This document shows, one piece after another, positions 51,157 through 64,000 of a DNA stretch of 64,000 nt (the stretch's first letter is position 1; every line of letters begins with the position of its first letter). The notes beneath the pieces were generated by a model. The model did no database searches. It was not told the origin of the DNA and was given only the letters and a program-made list of their open reading frames with translations. A program made the position numbers and the translations under genes. The stretch comes from Parasitella parasitica NRRL 2501 (lineage: Eukaryota > Fungi > Mucoromycota), in the NCBI GenBank assembly GCA_025201805.1, contig MU619238.1, positions 199,970 to 263,969 on the forward strand, read 5' to 3'.

Positions 51157-53144
51157 TTATTTCACAAGTATTTTTTCAATCATAGATCTACAAAAAGGGC
51201 TGATACCGCTTACATTTAGTGCAAGTTTCTAAAACACACATACAACACACACACACACACTTTACCACGATTGAAATGCCTGCGCACAGTTTTTTCCAAA
51301 CCCACCATGCTCACAAGGGAAGAGTTTTGTATTGACAGATTCAGAATAACATATATTACACAGTGGCCCTTCCTCGTCTTCTGCTACTGTGTCGAGTTGC
51401 TGCTGCTTCTCTGCTGGCCCAGCTACAGCAGGCAGCACATCGTCAACAGCCTGGACTCCGGGCAAAGCGTGATCCCACGGTTGATCTCCAAAATTCACGG
51501 CTACATGCTGGTGTCCTGTCAAGCTAATGGTTGGATAGTACGGCGCTGCTGATTGAGTAGCAAGAGCTATTCTGAATCCATAGTCTTGTCCATTGATGAA
51601 GAATGCACAGTAGTTTTGATCCAGGTCCAGCAAACATCCCAGCACGTCGCCCGTCTTGCATTTGCCTTGAACGCCAACAGCACGCGACAAATGTAGCTCG
51701 CCAGCAGCCCAAACCGCACACCGATACGTATCAAACGCAAACCCGTTTCTGTCATCGCCCACACCACTCCCCTCTTGCGACGATAGCAGGCATTTTGGAG
51801 TTGCCCATCCAATCTGCATGATACCGTCCGTTAAAAGATGGACTTCATAGTACCATTTTCCACCAGCGCTGCTGGCAATTCCAGCCGTTGCTCGCACTGA
51901 TTCAAAAAAGAATGTGTCGTTACGAACTTGCAAACAATCCTTACTGAATTTGCAGTGGCTGTTCGCGTCAATGGGCTGCATGCAAGTCTTTGGCTGCCGT
52001 GGCATTGATGTCCATGTCATTGCCGTTGGCTATTTTTTTTTTTTTTTTTAATATATATATATGTACAAGTGTGATGGATTCGTGTCGGATTACTATGTCT
52101 GCCACTCTAAACATAAAATAGCAACCTTACCTTGGCAAATACATTGTTCAGCGACCAGCTTAGGCAGAAATGCAGCTTCCTCATGTTCAATATTGACATG
52201 CTATTATCATCCTTGTGTGCCTGCACTGTGATTTTCTCCATTTCATTACAAAGCGCCTTGTAATTCCAGCTTTGTGTTACTTTGAACGATTTTCTCTTTT
52301 TCGCTAGCTTTGATTTGCACGACTTTACCGCTGATTTCAGTTCTTTGTATATTCGCACATGATGCTTGATTGACACCAACGTTAGGCTGGGCGAATTTGT
52401 GGTGATGGATTCAAATGACGATGACAGTGGCGATTGCTGCAGCATCAAGCACATGCTTTCACCTATCTTGTCTAGAGATTGCTGTATCACATGTGCTATA
52501 GCAAATCGCTTCATCAAATGCTGTTTCAGCGCTCCTGTTAGCGCAAAGCTGTCCAATGCCAAGAGCGAGTAAATATTATTGTCGTCATGCAAACTTTGAA
52601 TCAGCATATCCCCCAGCTCGTCTGTCCATATCGATTCCGCCAAGCTGCCAGCAAACTTCTGAGCCAGCATGGCCCATATGATGGCCGTGTTCGTTTTCGT
52701 TTTTTGGGTCGTTGCTTTGTTCAACAAGGCGCTTGTGACATTTTCGAGTGTATGCCTGGTGGGAATTTCTGAAAAATCAATGACATGCTTAAGAAATGCC
52801 ATGGAGATTGGACAGCCAAACTTTAACTCTGTTGCCATGGTTACCATAAAAGCAACGTAACCATGATCTTGCGTTATTGTGATGCGACATGAGAAAGTGC
52901 TTTTATAATCGCCATGTATGCATTTAGCTATGTACATACCTTGGCTGGTAATCGTGTAAATATTCTGCAAGGCTTTACTCATGCATTGTATTCTTCTGAA
53001 CGCTGCTTGCTCTTGTTGCTCCTCTTGTTCTGTTTCTTGGTCTTGGAAAGTATCTTTGGCTGTCATTGGATCAGGCTGATCTTGTGCAATCGCCAATATT
53101 CTCTTCCAAGTTAGCTGAACACCTGGATATTCAACATTATTCAT
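51157..53144 (-). CDS. SPRY + C-terminal RING protein (RSPRY1-like), multi-exon
   Basis: VRNDTFFFESVRAT..KWYYEVHLLTDGIMQIGWAT..GVGDD..GDVLGCLLDLD; RING CNICY..PCEHGGFGKNC..CPFCR. Confidence 0.85.
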
Positions 53145-53386
53145 GATGAACTAGACTATTATTAAATGGAAAAAATAAAAAACAAAAGGGCAAGAGCCAA
53201 GTTTATATATATAATAACGATGGATTAACTTGGCGAGGTGGATTTATATATAAATACACACATATGGGGAGAATAAAAGGGAAAACCCAACAAAAGGAGG
53301 TCGAGGGAAACTGATAGATTGCCAATGACATGGATGGAATGTAAACAAAGAAAATCGGTTTTTTTTTTTATTTATTTATTATAATC

Positions 53387-54840
53387 TTATACTTGGTTAA
53401 AGGCCAACAAGTTATTATTAGGACTTGAACTCTTGGAAGAATCAAATTCTATCTTGTCTCTAGTTGCAATTGAGCGAATCGCATCGTATACTTCCTGGGC
53501 AGTAGCATAGTTGTTTTTGCTCATCAAATTGGCTGCAATGCCAGCGACATGAGGGCTTGCCATACTAGTACCATCCATTGATTTAGACGAGTCGACCCCG
53601 CCAATATAAGAGCTCACAATGCTGGCACCAGGAGCGTAAATAGCCACGCATTCACCTACATCGGAGAACTTGGGAACCAAATCGTCGATATCAGAAGCGC
53701 CAACTGAAAATACATTAGGATTGGAGGAGGGAGAGAAGAAGCAGGCATCTGTACCAGCATTTCCTGCAGAAACAAAAACTGGGATGTTGTATTTCAGTAC
53801 GAGAGAGTTCAGTGCTTCGTCTAGCAATCTGGACTTGGGACCACTTAGAGACAGGTTGACGATACTTTTACCAGGAGTGGCGGTTTGGATGACATGCTCA
53901 ATGCCCTTGAGCAATCCAGAAGTCGAGCCGTCGCCCACTTTGTTTAAAATTTTGACAGATTTGACTTGAGCGCCTTTTGCTACACCGTATTCCGACCCAA
54001 TGATTTTGCCAGAGACATGCGTACCTTTAAAAGAATCAAGGTTAAAGCTCCAAAATTGCTTTCCCGGTTGTAGTCTTACCGTGTCCTCCCATGTCGGTAT
54101 TGTCCTCGTGCTTGATCATGTTGGCCGAATGACTGGCTCGACCACCAAAGTCTAAATGCTCAGCATAAACACCTGTATCCAATACATAAACATCAATGCC
54201 AGCTCTGTTTGGGATTTTTTTTTTTTTTTTTTTTTGATGAGTGCATGCAACGAGAGTTAGTCAAGTAGTGTTTCTTACCCGCCCATTGTGTCATAATTAT
54301 ATTCATTGAGATCACCTCGATCATGCTGGTTGATTCTAGCTAGGCCCCAGTTTGCGGATTTGGCTGTGTTAATTCTTCTCGATTCGTCTTGACGCTTTTC
54401 TTTGGGCAGATAGTTTGTGGTTTTATAGACTTGATTCTGCTCGACATAGTCAATCGATCCTTGCTGGTAGAGATATTCCAAAAATGCATGATCCGAGAAC
54501 ACGCCTGCAATAGCGACGAAATCTTGACCAATGTTTATGTGATCCAGTGACATTGTCTGTTCCACAGCAGCAGCAGTAATTGATTCCTCGGTTTCCACTG
54601 CTACGTTACGCACAGATGATAGGAAATTGCGATGATGATTCATCAATTCATTGCGGGCTTTAACGAAAAAGGCAAAAGGGGTAAGTTATAGGCTAAATTT
54701 CACATAAAAGACTCCTTACCTGCTGTTCTAGAAACTGACGTCTTGAACTTGATAATGTGTGTAGGCTCATTTTCCTCTATTTGTCCAAACGTCAATGTAA
54801 TGACAGCTGAGATGATACCCAATTGGAATAGCAAACGCAT
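53387..54840 (-). CDS. Secreted subtilisin-like serine protease (S8, proteinase K type) with I9 propeptide, 4 exons
   Basis: Signal peptide, WGLARI, catalytic motifs VLDTG, GHGTHVSG and GTSMASPHVAG. Confidence 0.93.
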
Positions 54841-55411
54841 AGCCTGTGAGTAATAAAAGTTATGTAGCTTTGGTGGCTCCAGAATTGATCTGAACCAACA
54901 GCTTGTATATATATCCCTAATTTGTTTGTTCGATGTAGCATTTTATTTAAGCGAGCACTAATTCATTTCGTCATTTGCAAACACCAGCTTGTTTGTTGAT
55001 TCTATATTGATTGTTGACTCTCTGCTTTTCCTTTATCGTTTGCATATGATTGGACGTGTATCAATGCAAACATTGATCTATTGCATGGGGGGGAGGAAAT
55101 GAAGTGCTGATTTTGGGGGGAGATTTTATTGTTAAAATGCATGAAATAGCACACACAGGAAAGTTGATATTTATCCAATCAAACCAGACACATGTAAGCA
55201 GCTTGTGCCATAGTAAGCTCAGCAACTAGAAAGCTTATTATTTTCACATTATAAAAAAGAAACATTTTGTTATAAAAACGAATCTTCTATTCTTCCCGCC
55301 ATTCTTGTTTGAAATCACAAATTTCACAAATATATATATATATAAAGCTCTCTTTTCAATTTCCAATAATACGCCTTTATAATAAATACAACAACAGACA
55401 CAAGCAACAGC

Positions 55412-56119
55412 ATGACACCTGAAGACGGATTAGACGAACGCTGGGATGGCAATTTAGGCTACTGCCGCCCCTTAAATCCAAACGAAAAGCAAAAGGAAAT
55501 AGCATTGGAGGCTCTGCTACAGCAAAACTTAAAAATACGTCAGCCTTTGAAAGAGGTACATTAATATATATATTGAAGAGAAGGGGCAACATGTTGACTA
55601 ACGCGCACTCTTGTAAACCAGGTTTCGCCTCCTTTATCAATTAAATCTGGCGACAGCGTCAATACCGTTTGCTTTAGAGAAGACTTGGATGAGAATTACT
55701 TTGAGTGCAGCAATACGAACTCTCCAGTAATACAGGCAGATGAGGTGCCAACCCCATCAACCACACCGCCCTGGTCCTCTGAAGAGCAGCGACACAGTGA
55801 TTATTTATCAGCTTTCAAGGAAGATAAACAGGAGGAAGACGGCTTGTCCATTGTCGCATTGAATGATTTATCGCCTAATGAATGCATTGCCATATTGAAG
55901 CAGCAAGAAATTCATGACGCTGAATTCTGCGAGGGACAAACAAAGACGACGACAATGACGCCTGCTTCGCTGCCAGAGTATCATTCGGGTCTTGTTCGCT
56001 ACTATGCCGTTGCCCTTGTACGGATGACGAGTCCTCGTGTGATGCGCTCAATTGAATCTACACTGCCTGCCATGTACCAAGACTATATTTTATCACTGAA
56101 TCTCTATTCACGCTCATAA
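55412..56119 (+). CDS. Hypothetical protein, 2 exons
   Basis: MTPEDGLDERW..QPLKE joined by a GT-AG intron to the 55685-56119 frame; TATA-like run upstream. Confidence 0.55.
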
Positions 56120-56313
56120 TTTTTACCACATGTATACCCTCTTGTTATATATAATAAGCTCTTGTATAAATAATCATCAGCTTGCCTGGTGAACTTTTTG
56201 CCCTCTGTGCAACCCCAGCAGGGTAATCAATAAACGATGTAATTTTGCAGAAAAATATAGTGGGAATTTTTTCTTTTTTCTCTCGCAATTTTTTTTTCTA
56301 ATTACTCCAAAAT

Positions 56314-57357
56314 ATGGGCAGACTCCACGGGAAAACGGTTTTTATGTAAGTAAGAGTCTATTGTCGGCGGCGTGGTTCTTTGCGCTTACGAGTACATCAG
56401 CACTGGCGCTTCATCTGGTATCGGTGAAGCAAGTGCCCGTCAATTTGCCCAAGAGGGCTGCAACTTGGTCTTGACCGCCCGGCGTCTTGAAAAGCTGGAG
56501 CAGCTCAAAGCAGAGATTGTTGAACTGCATCCCAACATCTTTATCCACGCAGTTCAGCTCGACGTACGTGACAAGAAACAGATTGATTCCGTTATCGCTA
56601 AACTGCCTGCACAAGTACAAAATGTTGATGTCCTTTTGAACAATGCTGGCATGGTCATTGGCACTGACCCTTTGGTAGATGTGGCAGAGGCCGTTGTTGA
56701 TCAAATGCTGGCCACAAACGTCAAGGGTCTGGTCTTTTTGACTCAAGCTATTGTTCCACGCATGAAGGAGCGCAAGTCCGGTCATATCATCAATATTGGC
56801 TCCATCGCTGGAAAACAAGCTTATGCAGGCGGAAGTATTTATTGTGGTAAGAATGAGCAAATGTGCATATTATATAGCTGGGTTGACACTCAATGCATAG
56901 CCACCAAATTTGCTGTGGATGCCATCACCAAGGCTTTGGCCATCGAGCTGGTAGACACTCCTATTCGCGTCAGTCAGATTTGCCCTGGTATGGTCAACAC
57001 TGAATTCTCGACAATCCGTTTCCGTGGTGATAAGGAGAAGGCTGATAATGTGTACAAGGGCTTACAGCCTTTGGTAGCTGATGATATTGGTAAGTTTTTT
57101 TCCTTTTTTTTTTTTTTTTTCATGTTTATGATTAAATTCACCTTGTTTAATGGACGCACTGGAAATATATAGCCGAGCTCATTGTATTCACTGCTGGACG
57201 TCCTGCACACGTCAACATTGCCGATATTCTTGGTAAGCCTTTTTTTTTTTTTCCTTCTCATAATGTGAAATAATGACTGATCGATGTTGTGTGTAAACAT
57301 CTAGTCTTCCCCGTTAATCAGGCTGACTCAAAGACAGTTTATCGTTGCCCTGAATAG
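56314..57357 (+). CDS. Short-chain dehydrogenase, NADP-dependent 3-hydroxy-acid dehydrogenase (YdfG/Ymr226c-like), 5 exons
   Basis: TVFI/TGASSGIG, LDVRD, LLNNAG, GHIINIGSIAG, YC/ATKFAV (YxxxK), PGMVNTEFS. Confidence 0.92.
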
Positions 57358-57783
57358 ATTTACAATTCTAAAATAAAACATTGTTGATTTCAAACGTACA
57401 ACTTTGTTATTTCTGTAAAACATATTTGCTGTATTCGCAGGCTATTGCTCATTGACTCCTCATGGTCTTTTTCCTTGCATGTTTTGCAGAATTAATTAGA
57501 ATGTGTGCCCAAACCCTGGGTTCTTATGTGGGGTTGGTCATTCAAAATACAGTGCATTGTACCGTAGTGAATTGGGTTTGACTTGAGACACTCGAACTCC
57601 TACGCCGAGGTTTGTTCTATTTTTTGTGCTAAATTTACGGAAATTATACAATCCTTGATTATTGAGCAATACTACACGTACAAACAGAGGTGTTTACTTG
57701 CTGCAATGTGGCCAAAAGAAGGATATATTATATGCAAAATAGTAAATTGGATAGGTATTATATGTACATTTTAAAATGTGAGG

Positions 57784-59835
57784 TTATTGAGTAAGAATGG
57801 GAATTGAATGAGGAGTAAAATCGAGATGCGACATGGCATGTCGTTTGTTGCCGCCAACATTCTTTTTGATTGGCTTCTTGGTATATGTCGATGATGGCTC
57901 CATGATGGGCGATGATGGTGGTGCTGCAGGCACATTGAGCGCCAACCAGTCTTCCAAGTCTTCCTCCTCTGATTCAGAGCCTTGCCAGAAATAGTCTTGT
58001 TGTTGCTGGTGCCAGACTTGGCTGTCGATACGAGGAATAACTGCTGGTGCAAGATCCAGCTTGGGCGCTATATCTTCTTGTTCAACCAGCTCGTATAAAA
58101 GCATGAACGGATTCTCTCTCAACGCATCATCAGCTTCACAGGCCATGACTTTATCATCAGAAATCTTGAACCATTCAGAATCATGCGACTTGAGCTTTGT
58201 GTCGTCATGTCCGCAGTAATCACACCCGCAATGGTCTGCAAGCAAACGGCGCTTGTAAGCAATGTAGTGGCCCGAGTTATGGCTACCGTAATGAACAACA
58301 CTGCTCATCAATCGGTATTTGATGCTCGATACATCATGGTCAGGAGTAGACGTAGATCGAGTTTTCAGTGTTCCGTCGGTGCAGTAAGGGGCCAAGTCTA
58401 ACACCTCCGGGTACTGAACTTGGCAAGTGTTCTTCATTACGTCTCCCGAGGGCAAGTATATAGATCGTACAAAATGTAGGCAGAGTACTTTGGGCGGTTT
58501 AGCAAACATGCCTTGTTTACTCTTTACACTGACTGACTTGCTTATCATCCCTTGTAAGTCACCACTGTTGTTTTGTTCAATGACACCCGTTTCAAGTCTA
58601 TGCTCGATTTCTTTCTTGGCCGTCTGTAAGTGTTGCAATCTTTCGGTGTTGTTCCTGGTGCCCTGCAGCAATTCAATTTCTACGCCAAGGGTTTGGACCG
58701 TTTTGATCAAAGAGCATTTGCTGCATTCAACATCATTCAGATACTCCACGCATGTCAGTTGCTTCAAGCACTCATCTAGTGTAGTGACATCCTATTTTGC
58801 AAACATTGTTTCTTTTTTTTCAGTACTTTAAATGACAAAAGAAGAGGAAAGCACACACTTACAGCAGCAGGGAGTGTAAGTTGCACATTGTTAAAAGAGT
58901 GCATAGGAATGCCAGACTGTTACAATGAGACAATTTAACATTCTATTCATTGTTCGATCGTGCGTATAATGTACTTACAGTGTATCCACATTGCATACAT
59001 GCTGTTTGATAGGCTATTGAACCAGTCAATGGATTATCGATCATACAGGCATCAATCTTGTCAGGTGCACCGAAAGATGAAGTGTCTTGAAAACCTCGTT
59101 TCTGGCTCAATTTGCTAGTTTCGGTTTCTAAATCGTTTATTAACAACTGATACAGCTCCTGAGCATCTTGTTGTTCTCGATTGATGACCTGATGATTTTG
59201 CTTCAAAACTTTGACAATCTCAATAGGCTGAAATGTGCCCTCAGAAGGCTTGGATAAAAGTCGTAAGGTTTTCAAGAGAGACTGTGTAACAGGAATTTTA
59301 CTAGTTGAATGTGCTGAATTAAGTTGATCCAGGTAGATTTGCAATTTTGGGAGAGATGATAATGACTAATTTAACCATGTTTTAAATATCTTTACTGCTA
59401 CATGTTATGTTTTCTTCTTTTTTTTCTTTAAAAGATAAAATAAAAAATACCAACCTGAAGAACAGAATTCAAAAAGCACGAATTTCCTGTGTTGACTAAA
59501 CCTGCTACCATTGCACTGGAACGTTCTGGTAGTAGACAAACTTGCGTATCGATGGGTAGATTAAGCTCACAAGTCACATTGTCATCAACGGAAGATAATA
59601 CAGACGTAGTATAGTACAAGTTGTTTGCATCGTATGGAGATATCAAATTGATTAAACCCAATTGATGTAGACAGGCGTATAAGAGCTTTTTCAGATTTTT
59701 CTCGTCAGATATTGTAAAGAAGAAATGATAAATTGGCAAGATGAACAGGATACTGCCTATCAAAAATAGGCTGGATGTTACTATGGTAGATATATGTTTG
59801 ATGGCGTGATAAAGTGTTTTTAATAATGGAGTCAT
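57784..59835 (-). CDS. Ubiquitin-specific protease with N-terminal TM (USP30/Ubp16-like), 4 exons
   Basis: Cys box GLVNTGNSCFLNSVLQ, QQDAQEL, His box HYGSHNSGHYIAYKR, WFKISD; hydrophobic N-terminal anchor. Confidence 0.9.
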
Positions 59836-61542
59836 TTTGTTATTTGTTATTTTTGAACAAGACACAAAGGAACAAGAAAGAGAAGGATTTTATACAGAAA
59901 TAAAAAAAAAGTACTGACGAGTGCATATTGTTGCCTTTTCTGATTGTTCGATCACTTTCGGTCCGGCTATCATATGAAATTGCAAAAAAAAAGACCACAA
60001 ACGCTTTCCTAACTCACCTCGGACATTGCTCGAGCAGGAATCAACACTAATGCTGTTCTTTAGATGGTTGCCTTGAAATAACAATATTGAGCAAAATGCT
60101 GTATACAAAAACCAAGTTCCAAATCAATGCACCAAAGGTTTGTCTATCTATATACATATCGGTAAAAGATAGGGAGAATCATGTAAATGTCCGAATTGTG
60201 TTATTAGTTAGAGATATATGGGATGTTGGTGCGCATATCCCGCATTCATTCTAGACTACACGTATGTGAGACTAGATGTTTGGTAAACTGATTATATATT
60301 TACAATGATCGTGTCATTTATCATTTGATCTGGTCATTGGAGGCTTGAGCTTATTTCTATGCAATTTACATTTGAGGTTTGTCAATATCTAGGAGTAGTA
60401 ATGCAACTGTTCTGCACGCACGTAAGCGCTGAAACAATATGTTCCGTCTGTTGGTGAACAGATAGTGTTCCTTGCATCGAAATACAGTGTATACAAGTTT
60501 TTGAAAAATGCATTAAAATCCAAGTTTCTGCACATGCCCATTTATACTAGCAATACATCTGTGCACAGATGCACATAAAGATAGTATAAATCAGAAGTCC
60601 AAAAAAGTTCAGATACGCAGCAGCGACAACAGCATTATTTCTTATCACTGGATCAATCTTGCATGTGTAAATAGATATAATCCAATTTTAATTCTCTAAA
60701 GATGTTGCATTGATTTGAGAGTAGATCTGGGCACATAATGTTCACTTTATGTAATACAAAATGCGTTCTTCTCTAGAACATCGCCCTGTCAAATAGTAAT
60801 TGTTTGTGAATTAAGCTTCAACACCATTTAATAGAATAAAAATATTCCAACTATAATCTCTGTAGAATTATTTGCGGCGTACAACAGCAGAGTACAGTAC
60901 CTGAAGAATAATGAATCTTCTTTAAAGGAAAATGCAAATAATCAATAAACCCCCTTATACATACCAGAAAAAATTTGTTTTATCAATGTGCCAGTGCATA
61001 TATATTGACATTGTTGGCATCAATTTCCGTAGCTTTATATTTTTCTGGGTACTGTTACTCAGTCAAAGATCTGTTGGCACTTGACTGATATTTTTCTTTC
61101 CTTTATATAGAAAGAGATGTATAGGGGGAGGGAGATGAGAACTATTGAAAATTTAAAATCACAAATTTTGATTCTTTTTATAAGATTTTCTTAAAAGCGT
61201 ACTGATTCAGCACATAAAACTTGTGCTGGGATTAATTAATATAGGATGCATTGGCCATAGTAATATATACATGAAAGGCTCATTCATTAAAGCTTCTTTG
61301 ATCTGCATGGCCCTATTAATGAACAATTGTTACCATGTTTATCAGCGGTTCTGATCAACTTGCATTGGAGATCTTGGAAAAATTGTGCATTGACCAAGGA
61401 AAAATTCGACCCGGACGGACTTCGGAGACCTCAAATAGTTGAAGATGCAAAAAGGTTAGAGCACAGCTTCAGCCAAATGGCTAAAGCCAAGAGCTGCGAG
61501 CACTTTTGGAATCCTTCTCTTTCCGAACATACCGTAGCGCGA

Positions 61543-62152
61543 TGGTAAGCTGTAAAAAAAATAATATAAATAGTGGATCCATCCATCATAGTATATGGTC
61601 GGATACATGCATATGGATAGAGATATAAGCGAGATGGATAGAACTATTTGGATGATTGATGGGATGTGAAAAAATAAAAAAAAGTGGAAATTACTGTCAG
61701 CATCGCAAATCGTAAAAGCAACTTGCAGCGACCATACTTGCTTTTATCTCTCTTCATATAGCACAATTCTTATTCTGTAAAAGACTAACAAATATTTTTC
61801 TTGCTTAGCCTAAACAAATTAAGGATATCAAAGAATTCCTCGAAATTTCCCGCAGAAAGGATGCCCAATGTAAGTAATACGACCATATGAGGATCAATAG
61901 GGATTGAGAAAATTAATTTATTGACATTGATTACCTACAACAGCTGCCCGCATCAAGAAGAATGCTGATTCTGTCAAGTTCAAGGTTAGATGCTCTCGCT
62001 ACCTTTACACTCTTGTTGTCAAGGACAAGTCCAAGGCCAACAAGCTCAGACAATCTCTCCCTCCTGGTAAGCTGGTGATATTACTATCATTTCGTTAAAT
62101 CAAATGTCGCTAACACAAACATATTTCAGCTCTCGCTGTCAACGAGATCTAA
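61543..62152 (+). CDS. RPL38: 60S ribosomal protein L38 (eL38), 4 coding exons; exon 1 contributes only the ATG
   Basis: [69 protein letters not shown]. Confidence 0.95.
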
Positions 62153-62365
62153 TTAAGATTGATTTTTTCATCTTAGATCTAGTAGTGTGTTCGTTTTTTG
62201 CGCCATACAACAAAAAGGAAATACATATACATTTTTGAATAAAAAGATGCTAGAGAAGGAATTCTTTTGATTTTCTTTTTGATCCAGATGTATATATTAT
62301 GAATAATGTCTAGTTTCTTTATTTACATGAATGTTTGGTGGAAGTGGACGCAAACAAGAAGGCCA

Positions 62366-63363
62366 TTAAATGGCCACTTTTTCTCTATGGTTGCGTACAG
62401 GAGATGCAGCAGTATTGCTCTTTTGTAATTCTTGTTCCACTAGTGAATACTGTCTGGTAATCTTCTCAATAGACGTTTGTACGGGTAAATTACATTGAGC
62501 TACGAAAAACGGGTCAATATAGACTGAACATGTTTGTCTGTAGAACCATGTCAACATACCCAACAAGATTTGGTCGACTCGTTTAGCTAATTCCTCTCTT
62601 CTATTTTGACCTAGCAAATGGCTCGATTGAGATTGGTGAGGGTCCGCATAAGCAATGAGTGCCGTTACTTCCTTCACTTGCTCTGTGGATCGGCTGTTGA
62701 TGGGCTTTAAATGAGTTTGTGCATAACGTATAGCTTCAATTGTCGAAGAAGAGGTTCGGATAATTTCTATAAAACGTTGGCATTTCAGTTGAAACAAGAT
62801 ATCCTGTAGTTCAGCAACTTCTGGTCTGTTGTTGGGCGGTAGGATGCCATTCGGTATTAAATCTTGGGCAGCAAGGATAGGAAAGTGTTTTTTTATTAGA
62901 TCAAATGCCAATACAATGTCTCCTTGTTCAATGGCATTAATCAAGCCTATGTGTATATATAGTTAAGAGGTCTTTTTACGGTACATGTATAAAGATCTTA
63001 GTGAATCGAACAACGACTACATACTTTTTCTTGCGTCCAGAAAAGTCCATTGGCTCTCTGAATGAATTTACATGCAATGAAAGGATCATGGATCAGCCAT
63101 TTCATGTGCATTTTTCAATAAATATAGTCTACGTACCATCTTCCTGATGACTCGGTGAGACTGGATGCATATACATGTGTGTTAATATTTCCGTGGGTTC
63201 TTGTGTAAATGCTAATAAAAATTCCCTTACGTTTGCCTGTTCGACCGATCTTTGTGCATTGTTCAAGTTTATTAGCTTCTTTCAGCAATGCTTTTGCAGT
63301 ATTTTTAAAGCAGTTGTGCATAAGGTATTCAAGGATTATGGAATGACATTCTGAATCCATCAT
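62366..63363 (-). CDS. LisH-CTLH-CRA protein (Gid8/TWA1-like CTLH complex subunit), multi-exon
   Basis: LisH IILEYLMHNCFKNTAKAL; CTLH INAIEQGDIVLAFDLI..LFQLKCQRFIEII; CRA EAIRYAQ..LIAYADP..RREELA. Confidence 0.85.
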
Positions 63364-64000
63364 ATAAGTGTATTTTTGTATCTAAGAGATTAAATTGAAA
63401 AGAAAAGTAATAAGTAAAGAAAATGACGGTTATCCATGGTAATATTCTGATTGGCATCACATGACTCTTCCGTTGGAATTTGATTATATGCCATAAACTT
63501 TCAAAATCGGATTAAACGGAGAGGTCACTTGCGACGACGGTTTGTTCATCATTTGTGTCGCATGTCATGATTTACTACTTTAAATGACTTAAATCAATCA
63601 CAAATTGCGCTTAATCATAAAACCCTGTAGGTAAACCATAATGCAGGAAGAAAACTTTCTCAAGATCAATCATGTGAGAAAGATAAAACTTATTTGAATA
63701 ATACTGACTCATTAATGCTTTCATACAAACTCTAATATCTGCGTCGCTAGTATCTGCGTCTAATCACGCGTATCCATGGCAATCAACTGAACTGGAAGCA
63801 TTATTTTTTGTGCAAACATTTGTGGCATTTAAATTATACTTTTGGTCAGAATACTTCTCCAGGAACCTCAACGCAATTACTAATTAACCATCAATAGACT
63901 GTAGATACTGAATTTGCTGCTTCATATGGCATTTTTTTTTTGTAGCCCTCAAAACTCTTTTTGCAAGGATAAAAGTAAAAAACATGGAAACCGAAATCTG

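Noticed and set aside
57500-57620. tRNA-like GAGTTCGA (T-loop) on the minus strand
   Set aside because: No cloverleaf or acceptor stem can be formed
3441-58831. Numerous antisense or alternate-frame ORFs overlapping confident genes (e.g. 4059-4502, 7590-8141, 43749-44168, 56411-56860, 58427-58831)
   Set aside because: Shadow ORFs of real coding strands with no independent motifs

Overview
Eukaryotic, intron-rich, AT-rich fungal DNA, most consistent with a Mucorales genome (Mucor-like). The basis is short GT-AG introns (mostly ~45-90 nt), a PkaR with a D/D domain, an AMT1-type MT-A70 methyltransferase and Mucorales-style C2H2 repeats. About 32 protein-coding genes can be built by hand-splicing. 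Several are missed or fragmented in the ORF track (SHO1, NCS-1-like, PIN4, OST5, tropomyosin, RPL38). The window also holds a UDP-glycosyltransferase pseudogene, decayed transposon fragments (~25.0-26.4 kb), simple repeats and two N-gaps. I found no tRNA, rRNA or CRISPR. The most notable observations are: (1) an AMT1/Mta1-type 6mA DNA methyltransferase with DPPC in place of the catalytic DPPW; (2) an FMO + TauD-family dioxygenase + methionine-type permease trio with repeated ATGGCGCAAA promoter motifs, a candidate organosulfur-scavenging cluster; (3) a 119-aa tropomyosin that is 42 aa shorter than the usual fungal form; (4) a ~30-bp stem inside RPL38 intron 1; (5) a GC-AG intron in pkaR; (6) an NCS-1-like protein with a long Ser-rich tail. 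All family calls come from motif recognition, without database searches.
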